From Stramenopiles sp. TOSAG23-2 (Eukaryota): DNA of 52,759 bases. The stretch's first letter is position 1. Every line of letters starts with the position of its first letter. Location: positions 1 through 52,759 of the forward strand of contig LT649262.1 in assembly GCA_900128395.1 (NCBI GenBank), given 5' to 3'. Of the stretch, positions 11,640-20,500 are shown piece by piece. The notes beneath the pieces are model-generated. The model worked only from the letters and a program-made list of their open reading frames with translations, ran no database searches and was not told the origin of the DNA. Both the position numbers and the translations under genes were made by a program.

Positions 11640-12629
11640 ATGCATGCTATATTAAAACATCCGACCTTTCGGCAAACCAATAAAATATATTCAGGCATTG
11701 CAAAGAATGTTTTTGGGCGTCAACGAAATAACAGAATAATTTGCAAATTCAATAATTATAATAATAATAGTGCTAGCAATTTCAATACAAGAGCGCCGGT
11801 GGTGGAAACTTCCACCAATATGATTGGAGTTGAAGGCCCATATAGTTCATACCCTGTGTTAGGTGCATATAAGCCAGCTGCAATGGCCAGTGTTGTCGAT
11901 GGTATGCCAAGATATCCATCGTTAACATCAGCTGCTGGAATGTTAAGAGGTTCAGACTATTTTGGAACAATAATCTTTGCCGTTTCAGGTTCAATAACTG
12001 CTGGTTCCTGCGGACTTGATGTGTTTGGTTGCTCTGTAATTGGTACCATAACTGCAATTGGTGGTGGTACTGTTCGAGATGCAATTATATTGCATAAGCA
12101 GCCATTTTGGGTAAATGAAGTGGAATATTTTTACATGGCTTTTTTAACTGCATTTTTTACATTTTTTGCATGGCCATTAATACCTGATGATACCAAGATG
12201 ATAAAAGATAAGAATGGTGGAGAGGGGTTTGCGTTATGGTTTGGTGATGCAATTGGTGTGGCTGCATTTACAATTATCGGTGCTATGAATGCATGTAGAA
12301 TGTGCGTGCATCCAGGTCTTGCAATTGTTGCTGGTACGGTAACAGCAACGTTCGGAGGATTAACTCGCGATGTAATATGTGGTTTACCAAGTTCAAATTC
12401 AAGAGGTCGTATATTGCATAGTGATTCAGATATCTATGCAAGTACGGCTGCAATTGGTGCTTCTTCTTATATGATTATGAGACATTTGAAATGTTCAATG
12501 GCAATACGTTTAATTTTTGGTTTAGGTAGTACTATTGGTGCAAGATATCTAGCAAAAGTGTATGACATTGGATTACCAACATGGAAACAAATGGATATGA
12601 AGATAACAAAGGAGAAGAATAAAGTATAG
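11640..12629 (+). CDS. TRIC / UPF0126 (YadS-like, glycine transporter) family membrane protein with N-terminal extension (copy 1)
   Basis: Two internal repeats: DYFGTIIFAVSG..GTITAIGGGTVRD and DAIGVAAFTIIGA..TATFGGLTRDVI, ending DIYASTAAIGA. The N-terminus is basic and poor in acidic residues. Confidence 0.88.
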   Translation: MHAILKHPTFRQTNKIYSGIAKNVFGRQRNNRIICKFNNYNNNSASNFNTRAPVVETSTNMIGVEGPYSSYPVLGAYKPAAMASVVDGMPRYPSLTSAAGMLRGSDYFGTIIFAVSGSITAGSCGLDVFGCSVIGTITAIGGGTVRDAIILHKQPFWVNEVEYFYMAFLTAFFTFFAWPLIPDDTKMIKDKNGGEGFALWFGDAIGVAAFTIIGAMNACRMCVHPGLAIVAGTVTATFGGLTRDVICGLPSSNSRGRILHSDSDIYASTAAIGASSYMIMRHLKCSMAIRLIFGLGSTIGARYLAKVYDIGLPTWKQMDMKITKEKNKV

Positions 12630-13146
12630 TGTAGTTTGTTGTACACATTGAATAAAAATCTTTCTGCGGGTTGTGTAAATGAAGGGGATATCTTTATTAG
12701 ATTCACTTTTATTTTATTATAATGAAAACACCTGCTGTGTGCCGCCTATTAGTTAATTGAGCTACCACCTGGTGGTATAGAGCGCGTAGCAGCCGCCTAT
12801 CCATGATGTGACTCGTATTTAATATGTCAGAGAGATAATTTTAATCAGGTTTAAGGTGGTAATCAAAAACGCGCAAACAACAAAAAAAACAAAAAAAATC
12901 AGCAGCAACCAACAAAAAAAGCACAAAACAAATAATTAAATACAAAAAAAGATTTGCATTTATTCTATTTATAGATACAGTAGATGACAAACGTTTGTAT
13001 ATTAATTGTACTGTATTATATATAACAGGGTATGTGCATGTTTTTTGTATATTGTATTGTGTGTATCTTAAAACAAAAAAATTACGATATATAGATAAGT
13101 AAATTATTTAATACATAATCTTGTTGGAAAAAGTAAAAAAAAAAAT

Positions 13147-14844
13147 ATGGCGCTAATTACTAAATCATTAATAATTAGTATATGTATTATTTTCTCAAAT
13201 GTAATTAATATTTTATCATCAAATGATTTACCATTATATTTTCTTGATAAATTTGATGTAAACAATATTTATGGTCGTATTCGCGCTAAAGCAACAACAG
13301 CGACTGAGCTTTTACAATTTAAATCGCCACCTCTGAATTACACTGCCGGTGCAACCATTTTTGCTGCTTTTCAAAATAAAAGAAATAATGATGTGGATGA
13401 ATATGAAATCTGGGCAGCCGTTGGAAGACCTGGTGAACCTAAAAATAATGATGATGGGGGGAATAATATTGTGAAGAAAAGCTCCTCATCAATAATAGGT
13501 GTTTCTATATTTCGATTTACTACAACAGATCTTATACATTACAGTAAACCATCCGAATTGCTTTTTCTTGAAAATGGTAGTGGTTCTCCTCCTGGTATGA
13601 ACGATGGTAATGTGTGGACAGTAAAATCTATGGATCGGGATAGCACAAATCCAGCAAAAGCAACATATGTCTTGGTTGCTAGTTATTTTAATGGTATTCA
13701 TACATTTATCAATTCTTTAGGTCCAGTTACAGATACGAATCATTTTATATTTACTCCAACAACTGGTACTACTCACACTAGTAATTTTTTAGATCATGAT
13801 GATGCTAATATTATATATGATATTCCACGAAAACGATGGATTGACATGCAAATTGAGTATGAAAATTTAACACAACCAAAACGTTATTGTGATAATGTCT
13901 TAGGATGTCGAAGAACAGTTTCTGCACGTATTGGTTTGGATTTAATTGGTGAAAATTGGACATCCGATCTTGGCTGTCTAGATAGACCTCAAACAGGCTC
14001 AAGATGTCAAACAGGGTTTAATGTATCTAACATGGTCCGTCCTAATGATGCGGCAAGAATAAAACAAGGTAGATTACCGGATGAAGATCCACCAGAATTA
14101 GAATTTTATAGGATACGCCCATTTCGATTGCCTGGACAACCTACTAGAATTGCTGCACATGTTTTATTATATGTTCCATCACCATCTGATGTAGTACAAC
14201 TTCCAGAGTATGGTCGACAACCTTTGTGGCATTGTACAAGTGGATGTTGTCATGGCCCACATATGTATGAAGAGTGGTGGATTGGTCCAGATAGTGGAAA
14301 TCCTATTGATATGGAAGGATGGAGAAGACCATATGATCTTGAGACAAGAGCATTTCCCCATGATATATGGGCAATGGAACAGCCGGTTTCGCACCAGGGT
14401 TATATGGTATGGGTTGATAATGGGCATGTATGGGGAATACCAGAACATCGTTTGGCCGGTTTAAACTCTGTATCAAATGGCGAGTTTTCAAGTAAATTCT
14501 TTTTATGGCCAGAGGTTAAAAAGCCAAATAATAGTAATACGCTTTGGTTGGAAGTAGATGCAAAGTGGGGAGAGAAACCTGAAGTAGGCCCAGAGTGGTG
14601 TAAGGGAGGATGTAATGGTGTAGGTGGTAGTGATGAAGCACATGCTGCTTATGTTCAAGTTGAAATACGTGATTCGCATGGAAAAGTAATTCCAGGGTAT
14701 GAAAAGAAAGATGCAACTTTTACAAATGTAAATGGTCGTGTAAAATTGAATTGGAAAAATGGGTCTATTATAACTCCTGGAACAAAAGTGCAAGCTCATG
14801 TTTATTTTCGAGATGCTACGATATATGCTTTAGGATTTGATTGA
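13147..14844 (+). CDS. Secreted protein, possibly beta-propeller glycoside-hydrolase-like (copy 1)
   Basis: Signal-peptide-like N-terminus (LITKSLIISICIIFSNVINILS) and a beta-rich, Trp/Gly/Pro/Cys-rich body. The C-terminal VQVEIRD..GKVIPGY...W...VYFRDATIYALGF resembles, from recall, the tail of uncharacterised bacterial GH-like proteins. Confidence 0.75.
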   Translation: MALITKSLIISICIIFSNVINILSSNDLPLYFLDKFDVNNIYGRIRAKATTATELLQFKSPPLNYTAGATIFAAFQNKRNNDVDEYEIWAAVGRPGEPKNNDDGGNNIVKKSSSSIIGVSIFRFTTTDLIHYSKPSELLFLENGSGSPPGMNDGNVWTVKSMDRDSTNPAKATYVLVASYFNGIHTFINSLGPVTDTNHFIFTPTTGTTHTSNFLDHDDANIIYDIPRKRWIDMQIEYENLTQPKRYCDNVLGCRRTVSARIGLDLIGENWTSDLGCLDRPQTGSRCQTGFNVSNMVRPNDAARIKQGRLPDEDPPELEFYRIRPFRLPGQPTRIAAHVLLYVPSPSDVVQLPEYGRQPLWHCTSGCCHGPHMYEEWWIGPDSGNPIDMEGWRRPYDLETRAFPHDIWAMEQPVSHQGYMVWVDNGHVWGIPEHRLAGLNSVSNGEFSSKFFLWPEVKKPNNSNTLWLEVDAKWGEKPEVGPEWCKGGCNGVGGSDEAHAAYVQVEIRDSHGKVIPGYEKKDATFTNVNGRVKLNWKNGSIITPGTKVQAHVYFRDATIYALGFD

Positions 14845-15322
14845 AAAAGAGGATGTTGACGTGTGTAACTTTTTAGATAAATTTTACAAACAAAATTATC
14901 TCTTTTCTCTTATATATATACGTTCGTAATACAAAACACACACACATCATATAAAATTTCAACACTGGCTCGTAAATCTATCTTTCTCTACATCAATAAT
15001 CAAGTTAAAGCTTAAATATTTTTTTTACTCCGGGCAAGCTAATAGCTATACCATTTTAACCTTTATACACGATGATAGTACACACAGAATATGCGCGGTG
15101 TGGAAAAACTGGTAGCGTTATTATAAAAAGAAAATGTTATTGGATGGATAAAGTGATTGGCGATTTGAAAATGAATTTGGATTAAATGCTGTTCATAATA
15201 TGAGTATGCATATATATATATGTATATATATATTATACGAATACGAACTTCGTATCATTTTAAAAAATATTACACCATATATATTCAATTTTTACTCGTA
15301 CTACTTTTAAAAATCAAAAATC

Positions 15323-16936
15323 TTAAAGTCTACCCATATCTTTCAATATTTGTTGCACTTCTAAATAATTTTTCTCTGGACTTCCATGACGAGCTAAACC
15401 TTCTTTAAAACTATCCACCAACATGCAATAAATCGTCCCATCATTATCTTCAAATAATTTCAATGCATTTGCCAACATAAGAATTATACCACTACTTGCA
15501 GCATGATAATATTTATATTGTGCCCATGCTAAACCTATTGGGTATTCCGTATCACTAACGCCATGCATTATCAATTCATTCCACCAAATTTCAACAACTT
15601 CTTTCTCTAGCATACACTTATGAAATTGATCTAAGCCTGACATGGAAATTAATTGGGCTATATCTTTCACTGGTGGTCCGACGTCACTAACTTGCCAATC
15701 TAAAATAATTAATTCTTTTTTTGACATTTTCATATCATGTGTAGATATGTGATTATCATCTCCATGATTAAATTGGCGTACAAATAAATTTTCTGTATGA
15801 AAATCACCATGAATTCTACTAAAACCTCCCATACTTGTAATTAATTCCACTAGATTATCAGCATTTATTACAGAGCGCCACTGTTCGCGAGGATGTTTAC
15901 AACCCTTGCTCTTTGCTATATCGTATAATGGACAAAGCACGGCATTTTCAATTTCTTTTTCAAATGCTTCGATATTGTCTGCATCTCGCCATGGCTTTGT
16001 TTTCTCATAGTTTCCACTACGAGCTTTTTCCTTTGTTTTCGCCCAATCGGTCGAAAGCAATGAAAATCCTCTAGCAAAATTAGCAAATCTTTCCTTTTTA
16101 TTTATATTTTCCAGTAAACTTGCTGAATTCCAAAACTGTGCATGAAATGATGCAATAGCTTTTGCTGCTACTTTTATATATTGACAAGCTAAATGTACAG
16201 CTTTAGTATCATACAATGGTGATGGTATATCATATGGGGGTGATTTTTCACTGAAACGGGATTTAAATTCATCTGAAAATTCTTTTTGACTTCTTCCATC
16301 TCTTAAAATACCACTAATTGTTGATGATTTTACATACCCTTCATCTTGAACATAAGAGGCATCTTCTAATAATAAAATAAAATCTTTCGTCATCGTATCA
16401 ACATTTGTATAATAATATGTGCATGTAGGTAAATCGTTTTCAGACAAGATAGTTTCATATGTATTACATTCTCGATATAATCGAGTAGTCGTATTCAGTA
16501 AACTACCAAGAAAATCTCGGCGTGACATTTTCACTATCATTGACGGTGGTGGTTTCGATACATTTTCATCTGTTGAATTTGCATATTCTAGCTTTAACCT
16601 ACCAGTTTGACCCGTTTGCCCAGCATCAATTTTCTGCACTTGCAATTTTGATATTTTTGTATTTCGACTTATTGCTTTTGTGGAATGTAGGACTTTCATC
16701 AACCATTCTTTTGTTATATCCTCTAAATTTTTAGGCTTATCATATTTTGATCGTTCCGATGCAAAATATTCTTTCGTTTTTATATAAAGTCGTATCCATG
16801 CTGTATTTAATATGGATTTCAACAGTTCCCATCTGCCTAGGTATATCGCATCTGTATATATAACTTTCTTAAAAAACATATATACAGCAATTGCTGTAAT
16901 TGCAATAGGCGTTGTTACTTTAATTATTGTTGACAT
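15323..16936 (-). CDS. Ecdysteroid-kinase-like / APH-choline kinase superfamily phosphotransferase (copy 1)
   Basis: GQTGQTGRLKL (P-loop), PPSMIVK, RECNTY, FILLLED, Brenner motif IHGDFHTEN, ILDWQ..GPPVKDIA; N-terminal hydrophobic anchor. Confidence 0.85.
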   Translation of the reverse strand: MSTIIKVTTPIAITAIAVYMFFKKVIYTDAIYLGRWELLKSILNTAWIRLYIKTKEYFASERSKYDKPKNLEDITKEWLMKVLHSTKAISRNTKISKLQVQKIDAGQTGQTGRLKLEYANSTDENVSKPPPSMIVKMSRRDFLGSLLNTTTRLYRECNTYETILSENDLPTCTYYYTNVDTMTKDFILLLEDASYVQDEGYVKSSTISGILRDGRSQKEFSDEFKSRFSEKSPPYDIPSPLYDTKAVHLACQYIKVAAKAIASFHAQFWNSASLLENINKKERFANFARGFSLLSTDWAKTKEKARSGNYEKTKPWRDADNIEAFEKEIENAVLCPLYDIAKSKGCKHPREQWRSVINADNLVELITSMGGFSRIHGDFHTENLFVRQFNHGDDNHISTHDMKMSKKELIILDWQVSDVGPPVKDIAQLISMSGLDQFHKCMLEKEVVEIWWNELIMHGVSDTEYPIGLAWAQYKYYHAASSGIILMLANALKLFEDNDGTIYCMLVDSFKEGLARHGSPEKNYLEVQQILKDMGRL

Positions 16937-17587
16937 GCGTGGTTTATTTAACGTGTGAGTGTACTGTATATATAAATATAATTATATAATTTGACTGAGG
17001 ATAACATATAAATAGACAAATATTTAATTTCTTCTTCATTTTCTTCTAAAATGTATCGTTTTTATATCATTAATATTATATTATTATTTGACTTTATTTA
17101 AAAATATGAGTGGTGAGGTGTGTGAGCTGGTGAAAAAAATGCGATGGACGGAGACGACAAAACCAGCTGGTCAGGGTTTGTTGGTTTGGTCTCATCAAAG
17201 TGGTCTCATCTCGGACTGTTCCCACTTTCTTATACTTGTTAGTATAAGATCAGCACTACTAACAAATATAAAGTTTGGTGAAGGCTGGTCACAGCCCTCG
17301 AATGAAACTCAGAATTTGGTTGACAGGTCCTGGAGGCCAAAAAATATCATACAATACTATTACAATGCTATTTGAAAATGGTACATCTACACATACATTT
17401 GTATAAAAAATGTATTTGAACAATATTTATATCAATACAACGAATCGAATATCAGCTAATAACAGTTAGAGCGGATCCTCTCTAATAACAGTATCTATGT
17501 TTCTAAAAAAATTTGGGAAATATTTTTTATAAAAATTATGCGTAAATTAATTATTTAAAATTATACGCGTACAGTATTTTATTTCTT

Positions 17588-20500
17588 TTACTCAGATGAT
17601 ATTTTTCTCTTCTTGATTGCTCTACCACCGTTGCTACTACTGTTATCCTCCTCCATCACCAACATTTGAACTGCATCATTATCACTATACTTCTCTTTCA
17701 TTTGTTGTATGGTTGTGATAAAGTTTTTCTTAAGAGTTTCATTATTATTCATTAATTTTGTTAACATTGGTTTGAAATATGAAAGGACTATTACATTTAT
17801 CATATCCGTTTCAAATTGCGACGTATATTTACCACATTTTTCACTGTATTTGCATAATGTGGAAAATAATAATTCATTAAAATTAGTTTCTACTAGATCG
17901 ACTACCTTTACATGGTGTAAAAATTGATTTAATGCAGCACGAGTGAAAAATGTATCACCATCAAGAATTTGCTCCATAGTAGCAGCAACAAATTGACGTA
18001 AAATAGAAAAGTACAATCCAAGCGATTTATTTGTTTCTCGAAGACGGTAATTTTTACGGTCATCAACCGTGCGTGCACATTGTAAATATGTAAATTTATT
18101 CAAATATATTTTCCAATCGTCAAATTTTAAATTGTCTGGTACCACATTTTTTTCTATAAATGCTTTTTTAGCTACAAATGACTTCAAAATAGATGAACCG
18201 ATCCTTGGCAATACGTTTCTCAGTATATAATCGTATGTATCGACGGTTTGTGTTTGCATATATTCTGGATTTAGTTTCATATTATGTGGCTTATCATCTT
18301 CTTCGTAGAAAATTTCATCGCTGTCTATACGTACTAATGCTTGACAAAAGTGATCTTTCTTTGATTTCAAAATTTCATTGAAGTAGGTATAGCCATACGT
18401 ATCTTTTCGAAGGCAACTTGATGATGAGCCAAAGCAAACCCAACGTGAAATTTGACGCAAAAGTAAATTTTCAGTCGGCAATTTAAATTTAGTTGGAAAT
18501 TCAATGTTATCATCATGCAATCTTGGACTTGTAACGCTTGTTTCATTAACAGTTTCCTTAGTAAGGTCAGCACCACCAAGCAAAGATGGTCCTGGAAATG
18601 CCTGCAGTACGTTATCATCATTATCAACAGCCATCATATTGTCACTATTTTCATTCACATTTGCACTATCATCCGTAAGTAACGACCGTCGGTAGATACC
18701 AGTTAGAACACTATGAAGTTGCTGTTTAATTACTGGGGAATCTAATATCATTAAAATATCAAGCAAACCTCGCATCACATCTTCCTTTAGAAACTCCGTC
18801 GGGCCAGCTCTTGATTTCGAAACACTTCTACTATCCCTACTGCCAGACTGTGCATATGAACTTCGGCTACCTGAGCGCGTGGTTCTGCTTGTTGAAATAC
18901 TTTTCTTTGGTCGTATCATCGGCGAATGGCTTTTTTTTCTTTTCCGATTTGACTTCTTTACCTCTTGTACAAATGTCAAATTGCTAAACATGTCTTTTTC
19001 TTTTTGTATGAATCTATTGAACTTTTCATTGGACAGATTGAACAATAATGCATTGTCATATATCAAATACATATCATCTACAAATGCTTGTGGGTGTGCA
19101 TATATTTTATTATCTAAGTTTTTCCTGATGGTCAAATAATCCATTGGACGTTCAATCATACTGGTATAATGTGGAAACCTTGTGATTGAAACAGGGATGC
19201 TAAAAAAATACTGGAAATTCGGATTTGTTCTTTGTTCATCCGATTTACAACACTGAAGCAAACAATCCAACATCTTTTTGTACATAATGTCTCCTGATTG
19301 CATATTCTTATTTTCCCCTGGGAATGGTGGTTCTTCATTTAAAAATTTATCTACTATCTTTTCAAGTTTATCCTTGGAATATTTCGCCCAAGAATAGAAA
19401 AATGCGTCCTTATATTGTTTGTAATGCTCCATGCAATCATCATAGATTCTATTCATATCTGCAACAAACATCGCTTCAGCATTTTCATTGTTATATTCCT
19501 CGTTCCTTATTTTATCATTAATATGTGCTAATGTGAAAACACCACTACGTGCAAAATATTTACCACCTTTTATTAGCGCTTTAACTGTCCTATCTTTTAA
19601 ATTCTTTGGAAAAACGCCTTTGTATGGATCATTTTTCACAGCATTTCTAAGATAAAGATAACATTTCTCAACACGCTGATTTTTTGATAGATGCACTACA
19701 AATCTCTTTTGATTAGAACTTCCACTATATTGAGCGAACCCTGCTAACATTTTATTTGATACGTTATTATTATTTTTGTTGTTGTTTTGCCAACCTTTTT
19801 GTCGACCTCTTCTTGGTGGCGTATAGAGCCCAACTTTTTTTAATTCTTCCGTAAATTTTTTTTTCAGTTCTCTTTTTTTTGTATTTGATGTTGCCACCAT
19901 ACTTTTTCTTATCTTCTGATTATACACACTGTGGCTTGAATTGTGGTACTTTATACAGTTGTCAAAGATTAAATTTACATCATTTTGAAATTCTATTTTT
20001 GAGGTATATTTGTTGTCATTTAATGACTTTTCAACTTCAAAAAATGACATAGGACGTTCAATAAATTCTGTGTATTTATTTAATGTGAGCAATACATCCA
20101 CCTTTGCAAATAATCCACTCGGATCTGCATTTTTCATATACTGCAATGTTGATGACATTGCATTCTTTAAACCTTCCGGATTGCTATTTTGATTTGTACC
20201 TGTCGCTTCAACAATAAGACTTTGACCACCTGCTGGTATTTGGGCAGTCACAGATGCCGAAACTTGGTTAGTTGGGCTTGCAATCTTATCATTGTTAGAT
20301 TTAATTTCTTCAGTTTTCACAGGTGCTAATGCTGTTGTACTTGTAGTTGTCGTCGTCGTCGTCGTCGTCGTTGTTGTTGTTGTTGCTACTTCTGCTGTTG
20401 CTGTTTTCATTTTGTTGGATACAGGATTGCTATTGCTACTTCCACCTGCGGTAGATATTATCGGTGAAGTAGAAGACGTAGAAATGGCTGGTTTTGACTG

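Noticed and set aside
12730-12820. GC-richer patch with TACCACC-T-GGTGGTA palindrome and GCCGCCTAT x2
   Set aside because: Too short and not tRNA- or snRNA-like. It is probably promoter sequence for the gene at 13147, and no specific call can be supported.
17205-17230. Minus-strand GGGAACAGTCCGAGA resembling RNase P RNA CR-I
   Set aside because: No complementary CR-V/P4 partner is visible downstream.
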